Positions 35,970 to 45,931 of a stretch of 64,000 nt of DNA are shown here, piece after piece. The position numbers and the translations under genes are program-made. The DNA is from Luteolibacter pohnpeiensis. Lineage in GTDB: Bacteria; Verrucomicrobiota; Verrucomicrobiia; Verrucomicrobiales; Akkermansiaceae. The stretch covers positions 84,545-148,544 of the forward strand of contig NZ_JAENIJ010000002.1 of assembly GCF_016595435.1 (NCBI RefSeq). The letters are read 5' to 3'. Each line of letters begins with the position of its first letter. Position 1 is the stretch's first letter. Under the pieces are notes generated by a model, which searched no databases, was not told the DNA's origin, and saw nothing but the letters and a program-made list of their open reading frames with translations.

Positions 35970-37265
35970 TTGAAGCCCCCTAACATGATCAGTTTCTCGT
36001 GCCCTGCATGTCGGGTGAGATTGACACTCCCCGTTCATCTGGCAGGCGTAGTAGGACCTTGTCCTAACTGCCGGACCGAGATCCAAGCTCCATTAGCCTC
36101 AAATTACCGTCCATCGTTATCGGACATTCCCCTACCCGTTGTTTCATCCCCAGCTGCACGAACGGAATACCAACCCACTCCCGAGTCGGGCGACCCAGAA
36201 GCTCCCATTCGGCTTGAGCATCCATTTCGCCCGGAACCACGACATTTGCCACAGCGATCGGATTTCCCTGAGCCTCCGATCGGCAAGCCCATGCCGGAGC
36301 CAGATCCCTACAACACAGGGCGCGCCTATCGTCCGTCCGCTTACCGGCGGCGTCCGATTTTACGAATGCTGATCCCGATCTTCGGCATCCTCATCTTGGC
36401 CGCCATTGTAAGTGGACTGTGCATGTTCCTGATGCATCGAAAAACCGATCCGTTGCCGCTGACGAATGCAGAGGACCTGCAACCAACGTCTCCGCCCAAA
36501 GCCAGCCCCCCCCCTGAGGAATTATCATCCATCGGCGGAGATGCCCCCAGTGCCCCAGAGACTCCTGATGCGTTGCCAGCCCCGAAAGAGAGTCCGGATT
36601 TCGCACAGGTCGCCAAACAAGCTGGTGAAGTGCTTAATCAATTTCTGAATGCTCAAAGCCTCGAAGAACGGCTCCCATTGATCGAGACCAAAGCAGATCC
36701 TACCACTCTGCAAGACACAGTTCTGGCCAAACCAATGCCTCCGGTACAGCGATCGGTGGTGGAAATGCAACAGCCGCCGGATCCGATTGAAAACCTCATC
36801 GACACCTACTTCAGCGTCGCATTCAGAACGGAAAACAACGGCACGGATCAACAGCTGATCTTGGTTCGAACACGACAATCCGCAAATCCGAAAGTGGTGG
36901 TTGAGCCTTTCCTCGATTTGTATGGCGGGAGATTGAAGCAATTCTGCGAAACTCCGGTCAGCAAGGCTGAAACCTTTGAAGTGGTCGCCTCAGCGCTAGC
37001 AAATTGTTACAATGAGGCGGTGCCGAATCGTGAGAAAAAGATGGCCATCAAACTCATGGCGCACGATAACACGCGGCCCATCGCCGAGGCGTATTTCAGC
37101 AGCAAGCACTCTCAGATAGCCGATCTTCTTTCGGATGATCTTTCGGGTTTCCGCTATGGCCAGGCTCAGCCATGCACGATTTTGCTCCGATGGAACACCG
37201 AGGAAGATCCCGAGAAGCCTTTCATTGAAGCGCTCGATATCAGCGCGCTCAATTGGAACCCTTGA
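35970..37265 (+). CDS. Zinc-ribbon (CxxC-x17-CxxC) membrane protein with a proline-rich linker and a C-terminal domain of unknown function.
   Basis: MISFSCPACRVRL...GPCPNCRTEIQAP, a Pro-rich spacer, TM helix ILRMLIPIFGILILAAIVSGLCMFL, then a roughly 260-aa soluble domain. Confidence 0.6.
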   Translation: MKPPNMISFSCPACRVRLTLPVHLAGVVGPCPNCRTEIQAPLASNYRPSLSDIPLPVVSSPAARTEYQPTPESGDPEAPIRLEHPFRPEPRHLPQRSDFPEPPIGKPMPEPDPYNTGRAYRPSAYRRRPILRMLIPIFGILILAAIVSGLCMFLMHRKTDPLPLTNAEDLQPTSPPKASPPPEELSSIGGDAPSAPETPDALPAPKESPDFAQVAKQAGEVLNQFLNAQSLEERLPLIETKADPTTLQDTVLAKPMPPVQRSVVEMQQPPDPIENLIDTYFSVAFRTENNGTDQQLILVRTRQSANPKVVVEPFLDLYGGRLKQFCETPVSKAETFEVVASALANCYNEAVPNREKKMAIKLMAHDNTRPIAEAYFSSKHSQIADLLSDDLSGFRYGQAQPCTILLRWNTEEDPEKPFIEALDISALNWNP

Positions 37266-37695
37266 TTCGACCGGCTTCCTTTAAAGCGCGCCAGCCACCT
37301 CGCAAGACTTTCACATCTGCGCCGAGATCCAGAGCCCGCACCTTTGCGGCAACTTGTCGGCTAAGGCCGCAGTTTTCATCATCGCAATAAACCACCACAT
37401 GGGGGTTCTGCATGATGTGCATGACGGCGTTCGCTTCAAGCTCCTGCGCGTCCTCTGCAGTGTCCAGATTCCATAGGATCGATCCTTCAAGCCCATCTTT
37501 TTCCCAAGCTTTTCGGGATCTGGCATCGATCCAAACTACTGGTTCGACAACCTCACCCAAGCAGATTTCATCCGGTTTGCGCGTCGATGGATCACAAATC
37601 ACCATTCGTACCGGTGCCCCCTTCACGAGATAAGTGACACCTGCAGCTGCAAACGTGAGGCCCACAATGATTGCGAGCTGAGTGAACGATTTCAT
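37249..37695 (-). CDS. Rhodanese-domain sulfurtransferase (secreted or periplasmic).
   Basis: Signal peptide MKSFTQLAIIVGLTFAAAG. Active-site loop VVVYCDDENCGLSRQ. The start overlaps the upstream stop as ATGA. Confidence 0.75.
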   Translation of the reverse strand: MKSFTQLAIIVGLTFAAAGVTYLVKGAPVRMVICDPSTRKPDEICLGEVVEPVVWIDARSRKAWEKDGLEGSILWNLDTAEDAQELEANAVMHIMQNPHVVVYCDDENCGLSRQVAAKVRALDLGADVKVLRGGWRALKEAGRIKGSN

Positions 37696-38363
37696 GACTT
37701 TTTCTGAATCACAGCAAATGCCTGGAGCAGCTTGTAGCGATCCATCGGACAATCCGTTTCAATACGGAAAATGCCTAAAGTGCCCATTTTTTCAGTAGAG
37801 ACCGGGGTAACTTCAAGCTCGTATTCCTCACCATCCTTGATGGTTTTCAAATTCGTGGTGAAAGCGTTGGTCGAGGATTTTACCGCATCAAGATGAACGG
37901 GTTTGTCATCATGAACCGCGATTTTGATCGTCTTGGAACTCGTCTTATCCCCCACAGTCCACTTCAAGGTTTTTGGCTCCATCGAGATCAAAACCGGGAT
38001 GTTGATGTGGATTTTGAGGGTTTGGGTCGCGACATCGACATCCTCTCCCTTGAGCCAAACTTTCACTGGTTTATCGACCTCACCGGAAAAATTCCCGATA
38101 TCGAATACCGCTTGGATCTTTCCGGATTCTCCCGGCGAGAACTGGGTTTTGCCGTCACTTACTTTGACCGATACACATGAGCAACCGCCGTCAGTTTTCT
38201 CAATCGTCACCGGGTGCTGAGTATCGTTGGTGAAATCGAACTCGGCCGTCACACTCCGGGCCGCTGGGTCGGCCGTAATTTCCTTGGAGGTTTCAGTAAA
38301 CTTGAGACCACCCGCAAACAGCGTCCCAGCCAAGAACAGCCACGATCCAATGACGACTTTCAT
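37692..38363 (-). CDS. Secreted DUF1573-like protein (paralog A).
   Basis: Signal peptide and a TDGGCSC motif. About 50% identical to the neighbouring ORF, for example IEKTDGGC.C....VS.GKT...PGESG. Confidence 0.6.
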   Translation of the reverse strand: MKVVIGSWLFLAGTLFAGGLKFTETSKEITADPAARSVTAEFDFTNDTQHPVTIEKTDGGCSCVSVKVSDGKTQFSPGESGKIQAVFDIGNFSGEVDKPVKVWLKGEDVDVATQTLKIHINIPVLISMEPKTLKWTVGDKTSSKTIKIAVHDDKPVHLDAVKSSTNAFTTNLKTIKDGEEYELEVTPVSTEKMGTLGIFRIETDCPMDRYKLLQAFAVIQKKS

Positions 38364-38444
38364 GCGCTATACATGATGCGATCTGGCAGTGATTGCAAGT
38401 GCAGGAACGGATTTGATCCTGAAGGAAGGTAAAATTAGCCCGCC

Positions 38445-39122
38445 TCAATGTTTCTGCTGAATACCGCCGTATGCCTGGATCGAGCGATACCGCTCGGCGC
38501 GGGAATCAGTCAAAATCCGGAAAATGCCTAACTCGCCGAGCTTTTCCGTCGAGGACGGGGTTACGGTTAACTCGTATTCCGTGCCTTCCTTGAGCGTCTT
38601 CAACTCCGTCGCAAACGATGCGTTGGAAGACTCAATCGACTCAACCTTGATCGGTTGCGTGTCGTGCATTTGAATTTTAATGACTTTCGGTTCCGGCTTT
38701 TCACCAACCGACCAAACCAGGGTTTTAGGCTCCACCGAAACCAAAACCGGGATCTTGATTTTGATATCCAATGTCTGCTTCTGGGTTTTCAGGTGATCGC
38801 CCTTCAGCCAAACATTCAGGGGTCGATCGACTTCTCCGGTGTAATTTTCGAGAGAAACAATGGCTCGAAGAACTCCCGATTCTCCCGGTGCGTAAACGGT
38901 TTTACCTCCTGAAACCTTGATCGCAACGCAAGTGCAACCTCCATCGGTCTTTTCAATCTGGAGCTTTTCGTCACTCCGATTCGTGAAATTGAAATCGACC
39001 GTCACTGTCTCTTTAGTGGGATCGACAGTGACTTCCTTGGTGGATTCGGCAAATTCCAGCCCGCCTGCGAAAAGCACACCCGTCAGTGCGGCCCACGATG
39101 CGATCACGACTTTCATGGCCAA
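38445..39122 (-). CDS. Secreted DUF1573-like protein (paralog B).
   Basis: Tandem duplicate of the previous gene with the same signal peptide and TDGGCTC core. Confidence 0.6.
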   Translation of the reverse strand: MAMKVVIASWAALTGVLFAGGLEFAESTKEVTVDPTKETVTVDFNFTNRSDEKLQIEKTDGGCTCVAIKVSGGKTVYAPGESGVLRAIVSLENYTGEVDRPLNVWLKGDHLKTQKQTLDIKIKIPVLVSVEPKTLVWSVGEKPEPKVIKIQMHDTQPIKVESIESSNASFATELKTLKEGTEYELTVTPSSTEKLGELGIFRILTDSRAERYRSIQAYGGIQQKH

Positions 39123-39638
39123 CTACTGGGCCTGTTTCTCATCGGTTGCAAGTGCTACCGAAATAATCAGCCGACCACCGCGCCACTCGGGCCCGAGAAT
39201 GAACAGAGGCTTATCGCGTTCTAACAGCGCATCCGTCTTGAGAATCTTCTTACGGCTCAGCCAAAGCTCCAAATCCAACCTCATCGAGTCTTTGGAAGGC
39301 AGGCTGCGGGATTCAAAACGGACCAGAACCTCATCCGACGGCTTCAATGGCTGTGCCCAGTTCTCGTAACTGCGGAACAACGGTTGATCGTCCAAGCCAA
39401 GCAGTCGATAGTGCTTGAACTGAAGCTGCTGCTCTTTTTGCAGCTGCTTTTTCACCGTGTCCTCTACCTTCGGAAATCGCTCACCCGCAGCTGCCGGATC
39501 AGCGTCCGTTCCGTAATATACCGCCACCTTCACGCGGCCAACACTCATTTTCCCGGGGTCGTCCTGGGCAAAAAGGGCGCCGCCATTCATGCCGAATAGA
39601 CAGAAAATGGTCAGAAAGATGGATCTGCAAAGATTCAT
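39123..39638 (-). CDS. Secreted hypothetical protein.
   Basis: Signal peptide. Translationally coupled to the anti-sigma gene upstream and the DUF1573 gene downstream. Confidence 0.5.
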   Translation of the reverse strand: MNLCRSIFLTIFCLFGMNGGALFAQDDPGKMSVGRVKVAVYYGTDADPAAAGERFPKVEDTVKKQLQKEQQLQFKHYRLLGLDDQPLFRSYENWAQPLKPSDEVLVRFESRSLPSKDSMRLDLELWLSRKKILKTDALLERDKPLFILGPEWRGGRLIISVALATDEKQAQ

Positions 39639-40270
39639 CGGGAAATTGGTTGGCTTACTCCGCCACCTGTAGGTTGCCCTGCGGTGGAATCCATTTCACG
39701 ATTGGTCGGAATCATTACCGTTTGGGTAAAATCGGTCGAATCCGGAATGGCGTTAACCCCTTGCAAAACAATAACTGCCGCTGAAGCCGGAGAACTGGAA
39801 TACCAATGAGCATCCACGCCGATTTCTGGAGAATAGACGAGTGGTGTATAGGAAGCAGGGGTGGCCAGTGGCGGATTGACTTTAGCAACGGGCACAGCAA
39901 CTGGAGTGTCCTGCGTTTTCATGCCGATCCAGAATGCCAATGCCATCCCAGCAAAGGCGCTGGCGGGCATCAGCCAGGACTTCCAAATGGAAAATTTAGT
40001 CACCGTGACCGTAGCTGGTCGCGGTACTGGCTTTGGAGTCAATTCACGAATGCTTTGCTCGATACGGCTGTTAAAGAAATCAGGGAATGGAGGTTCTTCT
40101 GCAGCAGGGAGCGCCGTGCTCACCATTTTCTTCCAGTCACGAACCTCCTGACGGGCGGCAAGTTGATCCGGTTGGGTCAGGGCCCAAGCTTCGACGGCAG
40201 CCAAGTCCTTACCTTCCAGTTCATCCTCCAGCCAAAGGGCCAGCATCATTTCATCAGGTTTGGTATTCAT
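39635..40270 (-). CDS. Membrane anti-sigma factor.
   Basis: N-terminal anti-sigma-like helix, one TM helix and a Pro-rich periplasmic tail. Overlaps the ECF sigma gene by 17 bp. Confidence 0.6.
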   Translation of the reverse strand: MNTKPDEMMLALWLEDELEGKDLAAVEAWALTQPDQLAARQEVRDWKKMVSTALPAAEEPPFPDFFNSRIEQSIRELTPKPVPRPATVTVTKFSIWKSWLMPASAFAGMALAFWIGMKTQDTPVAVPVAKVNPPLATPASYTPLVYSPEIGVDAHWYSSSPASAAVIVLQGVNAIPDSTDFTQTVMIPTNREMDSTAGQPTGGGVSQPISR

Positions 40271-40913
40271 CTTTCAGCATCGATTGGAGTTTTTGACGCG
40301 CGTAAAATAGGCGGCTCATCACCGTACCCAGGGTCGATTCCATGGCCTCGGCGATTTCTTTGTAGGAAAGTCCCTGCACGTCTTTAAGGATAACAACTTC
40401 CCTATGCTCAGGTGAAAGCTTAGATAACGCCGATTCGATTTTTTCTCGAAGTTCGCCGTGTGCCAGCGATTCATCGGGCGCATCGGTAAACGACGGGGTC
40501 GTCCGCGCAGCCGGATCAATCCGGTCACGTTCAAAGATCTCGTCGTTGAGTTCGCCAGCGCTCTCAACCTTCCGCTTGCGCGTCCAGTCATAGACGGTAT
40601 TGTGCGCAATCCGATAAAGCCAGGTCGAGAAACGCGCCTTGGCTTCAAATTTGGGAAGCGCTTGCCACGCCTTGATAAAGACCTCTTGCGAGAGGTCCCA
40701 AGCGTCTGCTTCCTGATGAATCATATTGCGGATCATGGCGAAAATTCTACCCCGATGACGGGTAATCAGCGCGTCATAGGCCCGCATGTCACCACTCTGA
40801 GCAAGTGCGACAAGCCGGAAATCGTCATCCGGATCGAGCGCTGCATCGTCCGGATCGACGGGCCCGTTAAGCCCTTTCGCATCCTTCGACGTGTCCCCGC
40901 TCATTTTATTCAT
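40254..40913 (-). CDS. ECF (sigma-70 family group IV) RNA polymerase sigma factor.
   Basis: Region 2 (FAMIRNMIHQEADAWDLSQEVFIKAW) and region 4 (VVILKDVQGLSYKEIAEAMESTLGTVMSRL). Confidence 0.85.
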   Translation of the reverse strand: MNKMSGDTSKDAKGLNGPVDPDDAALDPDDDFRLVALAQSGDMRAYDALITRHRGRIFAMIRNMIHQEADAWDLSQEVFIKAWQALPKFEAKARFSTWLYRIAHNTVYDWTRKRKVESAGELNDEIFERDRIDPAARTTPSFTDAPDESLAHGELREKIESALSKLSPEHREVVILKDVQGLSYKEIAEAMESTLGTVMSRLFYARQKLQSMLKDEYQT

Positions 40914-41009
40914 GTTTCACCAATTTTTTCCGCGATTCTCTCGCAGCAGCCGAGAGAAATCCTGATCGTTTCAAAAAACATAGGCAACTGGAATGTTCGG
41001 ATGGACGCA

Positions 41010-41495
41010 TCACGGGGCTACCGCCAGCCTTTCAACGCCCGGCTCTGCCTCAAATAAAAATCCGTTTTCCTTGTAAGTCTTCAGACGGAAATGCGTTGCG
41101 GTCGAAAGCACGCCTTCCAGCGTGCTGAGTTTTTCCGAAACGAATCGAGCTACATCCCGCAAATCACCGCCTTCGACGACGACCATGAGATCATAGCCAC
41201 CACTCGCCAGGTAGCAGGAAACGACCTGATCGAACTTCGCGATTCTCATCGCTAAGCGGTCGAAGCCACCACCGCGTTCCGGAGTCACTTTGACCTCGAT
41301 GAAAGCCGAGACCGCTGTATCGCCAGCATGCTCGGGATCGATCACCGCGTGATAGCCGAGAATCGTGCCATCTTTTTCCCACGCTGCCATTCGCACCGAT
41401 ACCTCATCGGGCGAAAGAGAAAGCAAATCCGCGAGTTCCGTGTTGGAGTAACGGGCTTTGCGGCGCAGGAGTTGGATTAACGGGTCGGTAGGCAT
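41010..41495 (-). CDS. lrp: Lrp/AsnC-family transcriptional regulator.
   Basis: MPTDPLIQLLRRKARYSNTELADLLSLSPDEV HTH region plus a RAM domain. Start trimmed to the ATG at 41493-41495. Confidence 0.85.
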   Translation of the reverse strand: MPTDPLIQLLRRKARYSNTELADLLSLSPDEVSVRMAAWEKDGTILGYHAVIDPEHAGDTAVSAFIEVKVTPERGGGFDRLAMRIAKFDQVVSCYLASGGYDLMVVVEGGDLRDVARFVSEKLSTLEGVLSTATHFRLKTYKENGFLFEAEPGVERLAVAP

Positions 41496-41514
41496 GGCCA
41501 CAACAAAACTCAGT

Positions 41515-42588
41515 TCAGTCTCCCAGGCAAATCCCAACCGCTTTAGCGGCAAGAACCAGTTCTCCGCCAGGTTCCACCAGGCGCAATTTGCTGACCGCGT
41601 CCTCAATTGGAACCGAATCCACATGGTAGGCCTGATAGCTGACCATCCGGCCAAAGGCGCCTTCTTCCGCGAGTTTCACAGCCATGACCCCGAACCGCAT
41701 GCCCAAAATCCGGTCCAGTGCCGTGGGCGCTCCCCCTCGCTGCAAATGCCCAAGAGTCGTGGATCGGGTATCTTTTCCGGTGAGCCGCTGCAAACTTGCT
41801 GCCACTTGTTCGCCGATGCCTCCCAAACGGACTTCGCCGCTGGTATTGGAGGCAATCGTCACCAATTCACCATCCGGCATGGATGCCCCCTCGGCAACCA
41901 CGACCAGCGTGCTGTGGTAGCCCTGGGCATCGCGCTGTTTGATGAAATCGGCGACTTTGTTCAGGCTAAACGGAATTTCCGGCAATAGAATGACATTGGA
42001 GCCACCTGCGATGCCGCCCCAGAGCGCAATCCAGCCAGCGTGGCGCCCCATCACTTCCAATACCATCACCCGTTTGTGACTTTCACCCGTCGTGTGCAGG
42101 CGGTCGAGACCATCCACTACAGACGTTACGGCGCTATCGAAACCGAACGTCATGGCTGTCGCATCCAGATCGTTATCGATCGTCTTTGGCACCCCAATGA
42201 TTGGCCAACCTTCACGATAGAGCTGCAATCCAGTGGTCAGCGATCCATCACCGCCGACGACGACCAACGCGCTGATTTCCAGCTGCTCCATAGTCCGTTT
42301 CGCACGGGCTACGATTTCAGGCGGAATCTCCGCCACGTCGCCCTTGCCGATTTTTGCCACAAAATGGCCCTTGTTGGTGGTACCTAGGATGGTGCCTCCC
42401 ATCTTCAGGATGCCGATCGTATCCTGAGGTTTGAGAATCTTGTAATCACCTGGCGGCAGCAGCCCTTCAAAGCCATCGCGAAACCCGATCACCTCCCATC
42501 CCAACTGGTGGGCCGCTCCGACCACACCATGGATCACTGCATTCAGTCCCGGACAATCGCCGCCGCTATTGAGAATACCAATTCGCAT
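41515..42588 (-). CDS. pfkA: 6-phosphofructokinase.
   Basis: MRIGILNSGGDCPGLNAVI, GGDGS and other PFK motifs. The Gly in GGDGS suggests the ATP-dependent type. Confidence 0.9.
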   Translation of the reverse strand: MRIGILNSGGDCPGLNAVIHGVVGAAHQLGWEVIGFRDGFEGLLPPGDYKILKPQDTIGILKMGGTILGTTNKGHFVAKIGKGDVAEIPPEIVARAKRTMEQLEISALVVVGGDGSLTTGLQLYREGWPIIGVPKTIDNDLDATAMTFGFDSAVTSVVDGLDRLHTTGESHKRVMVLEVMGRHAGWIALWGGIAGGSNVILLPEIPFSLNKVADFIKQRDAQGYHSTLVVVAEGASMPDGELVTIASNTSGEVRLGGIGEQVAASLQRLTGKDTRSTTLGHLQRGGAPTALDRILGMRFGVMAVKLAEEGAFGRMVSYQAYHVDSVPIEDAVSKLRLVEPGGELVLAAKAVGICLGD

Positions 42589-42610
42589 GATGAAAGATTC
42601 TAAATGGGTT

Positions 42611-43621
42611 TCAGCGCGGGTCAGGGACTTTTAAAATTTCCCGCTCGGGATTTTTTACCGGTGCTCCAGACTCAAGCCATGGATCGTAGATGGACCAACC
42701 CTGCGTGATGAGATTGCGAGCCTTTGTAAACCGGTCCGGGCTGTTCAGCAAAACAACAATCAGACGGCGAGGAGTGACCCCTTTGGAACCGTCGGGCTTC
42801 TTGGTGATAAAGGCATCGCGATCCATGCAAACCGAAAGACAAGGCCCGGCAAGGTTCGTCGTGCCGGTTTTCAGGCCCAAAATTCCAGGTTCGCCGATCA
42901 ATTCGTTGGTGTTTTTGATATTGAACTCCCGGGTCCCCGCCGGTCCTGTGACGCTGATTTTGCGACTCTCTTGTCTCACGATGAAACTGATCGCATTCCG
43001 GCGCATCGCATAAATCGACAGCCGCGCGATATCTGCTGCCGTGGAAGTGCCGATGTTTTTCCGGTTATCCAACCCGTGCGGATTTTCGAAATGAGTGCGA
43101 TCCATATTGATCGCCGCCGCCAGCTTGTTCATTTCTCCGACAAAAGCCGCCACTGGATCACCGTCCTTACCGCGCTTGATCAGGATTTGACGGCCGACGT
43201 AATCCGCAATCGTCAGAGCCGCGAGGTTATCCGATCCGAGCAACGCGGAATACATCGCATCCCGCATCGAAATCCGATCTCCCGGCTGCAGATTCATCGG
43301 ATTTGGTCCGCCCACCATCGCCACCGTCTGCGGTGCGGTCATTTCAATCGAACCGATATCCAGGCCACTGGCGGTTGTCCAGTCCACCGCCACCACTGCC
43401 GTTGCAATCTTGGTCAAGCTCGCTACCGGACGCTTCACCGACGAATTGGTGGCGATGAGGATTTTACCTGAATGAGCCTCTACCACCATGATACTTTCCG
43501 TCCCTTGACCCATGGCCACCATTGGAAATAACATGCACAACAGTGCTAAAATCCTGACAATCATATACAGCATTCCTAAAGGCATTGAGATTAGCGGACA
43601 GATGCTGTAACTCAACTCCAA
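42611..43621 (-). CDS. dacA: D-alanyl-D-alanine carboxypeptidase (serine peptidase S11, PBP5-like).
   Basis: Signal peptide. SxxK motif (ASLTK), SGN-like (SDN) and KTG motifs. The exact start is uncertain. Confidence 0.8.
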   Translation of the reverse strand: MELSYSICPLISMPLGMLYMIVRILALLCMLFPMVAMGQGTESIMVVEAHSGKILIATNSSVKRPVASLTKIATAVVAVDWTTASGLDIGSIEMTAPQTVAMVGGPNPMNLQPGDRISMRDAMYSALLGSDNLAALTIADYVGRQILIKRGKDGDPVAAFVGEMNKLAAAINMDRTHFENPHGLDNRKNIGTSTAADIARLSIYAMRRNAISFIVRQESRKISVTGPAGTREFNIKNTNELIGEPGILGLKTGTTNLAGPCLSVCMDRDAFITKKPDGSKGVTPRRLIVVLLNSPDRFTKARNLITQGWSIYDPWLESGAPVKNPEREILKVPDPR

Positions 43622-43936
43622 ACCCGATCTTTTGCCGAACTGCCTTCTCCGAATCCGAAAGAAATTGGAGCCGTCAGACGTTTCTCTCGATTGAGTTATT
43701 CCCCCTTTTTACCAATTCCCGCCATCCCCCTGGCAATTCTCCACGAAATGTTTCTTTCCCTTTGAACATTTCTTGCCCCCAAACCCCCGAAAAACCCGAG
43801 TTCCCTACCCGTGCAATCCACTATCCCTTACATAAATCATTCGACCACACCTTTTTCCACCATCAACTCCAGGCTCGCGATCGCCTTGCAGCCACGAGAT
43901 AAGCCACAATCGATCATTTAAACCACTAGATATCGT

Positions 43937-44470
43937 ATGTGGCACTCTATCCTTTCATCCGCAGCCTGGCACAACGTTGGCATCGGCCTCGCATGGGTTG
44001 TTACCAGCTGTCTTCTTATTGCAGGCCTGATCGGCTGCTTTCTACCCATCCTGCCCGGACACCTGATCATTCTTATCGCTGCGGTCGCTCATCGGCTCAT
44101 GCTCGGCGCGGATCGATCCGGGCTCGAGTGGTGGTCCTTTCTGGTGATCATCCTTTTCATGGTCATTTCACAAACTTTTGAAATTGCCAGTGGGGCAGCA
44201 GGCTCCAAGTGGTTTGGCGGCACCAAATGGGGAGCGATCGGCGCCTTCGTTGGCAGCATCGTCGGCCTGTTTTTCATGCCATTCGGGCTTTTGCTCGGTC
44301 CTTTGATCGGCGCATTTGCCTGTGAGCTGCTATTTTCAAAAAAATCCATCCGCTATGCCACCAACTCCGGCATTGGCTCGGTCGTCGGCACCATTGCCGG
44401 CATGGGCATGAAAATTGCCATCGGCATCATCATGATCCTCTGGTTCTTCCTGGACGTCTTTTTGGTTTGA
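43937..44470 (+). CDS. DUF456-like small membrane protein.
   Basis: Four TM helices and Gly-rich motifs. Confidence 0.55.
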   Translation: MWHSILSSAAWHNVGIGLAWVVTSCLLIAGLIGCFLPILPGHLIILIAAVAHRLMLGADRSGLEWWSFLVIILFMVISQTFEIASGAAGSKWFGGTKWGAIGAFVGSIVGLFFMPFGLLLGPLIGAFACELLFSKKSIRYATNSGIGSVVGTIAGMGMKIAIGIIMILWFFLDVFLV

Positions 44471-44497
44471 TAATTACCCGTGAACAGGCAGCTTCTC

Positions 44498-44888
44498 CCT
44501 GCCGCTCCCCGGACGGTCGCAATCGGGCGCAAGCTGCAGATTGAGGAAAGTCCGGACACCATCGGGCAGCGCGCCTCGTGAAAGCGAGGGACGGAAGCCG
44601 TGAGGCAACCGGACGGAAAGTGCAGCAGAAAAAATACCGCCGATGGCCGCAAGGCACAGGTAAGGTTGAAATGGTGGGGTAAGAGCCCACCGCGCCAAGG
44701 GCAACTGCGGCGGCATGGAAAACCCCGCGCGGTGCAAGACAGAACAGAATAGGGCGGCCCGCCCGTTAGAAATTCAGGTATTAGTCGCATCCTGCGCAAG
44801 CAGGGCGCTCCGCCTCGGCAGAGTGAGAGAAATGGCCGTCCAGCCCGGCAACGGGTGGACAGAATCCGGCTTACAGGGGAGCGGCATC
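44498..44888 (+). ncRNA. rnpB: RNase P RNA (bacterial type A).
   Basis: GAGGAAAGTCCGGAC, ACCGCCGATGGCC, CAGGTAAGG..GGTAAGAGCCCACCGCGC and ACAGAATCCGGCTTA are universally conserved blocks. The P1 helix pairs CCGCTCCCC (44502-44510) with GGGGAGCGG (44875-44883). Confidence 0.85.
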
Positions 44889-44964
44889 CTTTTGAAGATC
44901 GAACTTCTAACCTCGAACGCTGAAGTTGATTGAGTCAGGTGAGGAACATCACTAACTTGAAGCC

Positions 44965-45333
44965 ATGGCGAACAATTCCGGAATGGAAATGCCGCGCTGC
45001 GCGGAAAAACTAATGCAGCTCGGCGTTTCTCCGCAGCTGTCAGCTCCCGCTATCCATCGGTGGTTCTGGCGTATGGGACTTGCGATCCAACCTCCGATTT
45101 ATGCAACCGGGGCACAGGCAACTCTCGTTCGGTGCCTCCTGTTATCATTGCTGTGGACATGCAGCATGTGGCTCATCGCCGGCAAATCCCTCAGTGGCCC
45201 TCTTCTAGCAGGCTCGCTAACGTTTGGACTCATCGTTGCGTTATACCGCAACTTCGAACTCCTCCACCTCCGTAAAAAGCTCCATCTTCCATCCTTAAAA
45301 GATCTATTGGAAGACAACGCCGAGTCGATCTAA
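44965..45333 (+). CDS. Hypothetical small membrane protein.
   Basis: ORF with hydrophobic segments inside an islet whose GC content looks lower than the flanks. The call is weak. Confidence 0.35.
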   Translation: MANNSGMEMPRCAEKLMQLGVSPQLSAPAIHRWFWRMGLAIQPPIYATGAQATLVRCLLLSLLWTCSMWLIAGKSLSGPLLAGSLTFGLIVALYRNFELLHLRKKLHLPSLKDLLEDNAESI

Positions 45334-45340
45334 CAAAGCT

Positions 45341-45931
45341 ATGACCCAAATCATCCCTGCCATCTTGGGCATTGTGTTAAGCATCACCATTCTCGGATTC
45401 ATTCCATACATGATCTGGGTGATTCTCACAGCATTCAAGAAGCGATGGAAAAAGGTAAGTCTGCAGATTGCAATATATGTTACAACTCTAACTCTACCAA
45501 TAGCCGGTTTATTCTTATTTAAGACAAAAGATCATCAAACCTACCTGGCCGGACTTTTTGATACTGAGGTGGAGTTGGCTGTCCCCGTGTATGACTACGA
45601 CTCGGAGAGGTCTTTCAATGGTGACGGACTTTCCTTCGCGGTATACGAGCTACCCGCTACCATACGAACCCGTTTCGAAAACGCGGATCTCAGACTATTA
45701 TCCGAATTCCCGAAGCGTCCGAACTATCGGAATCGCTGGGAATTCGAGCACTGGCGTCAAACACCCTCAGCTCCCGAATTTAAGGAATATCTAAAATTCG
45801 CTCGCGCCCCTCATGAAATTGATAATGTGGAGCAACTGAAAGAGCATTTCGAAGCGATGGAGACCGCGTTGAAGCAAAAAGGAAGTTACTATGCCTTTTT
45901 TTTACAATACCTCGTCTGGCCATGTGAATGA
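45341..45931 (+). CDS. Hypothetical membrane protein.
   Basis: N-terminal TM pair and a K/R-rich region in an AT-richer islet. No recognisable domain. Confidence 0.45.
   Translation: MTQIIPAILGIVLSITILGFIPYMIWVILTAFKKRWKKVSLQIAIYVTTLTLPIAGLFLFKTKDHQTYLAGLFDTEVELAVPVYDYDSERSFNGDGLSFAVYELPATIRTRFENADLRLLSEFPKRPNYRNRWEFEHWRQTPSAPEFKEYLKFARAPHEIDNVEQLKEHFEAMETALKQKGSYYAFFLQYLVWPCE

Noticed and set aside
43622-43936. A pyrimidine-rich (CT-rich) 315-bp spacer upstream of the DUF456 gene that might be a small RNA.
   Set aside because: No stable secondary structure or conserved motif is recognisable by eye. Left uncalled.
44353-44933. Four ORFs of 70-150 aa.
   Set aside because: They overlap the RNase P RNA gene, whose conserved blocks are unambiguous.
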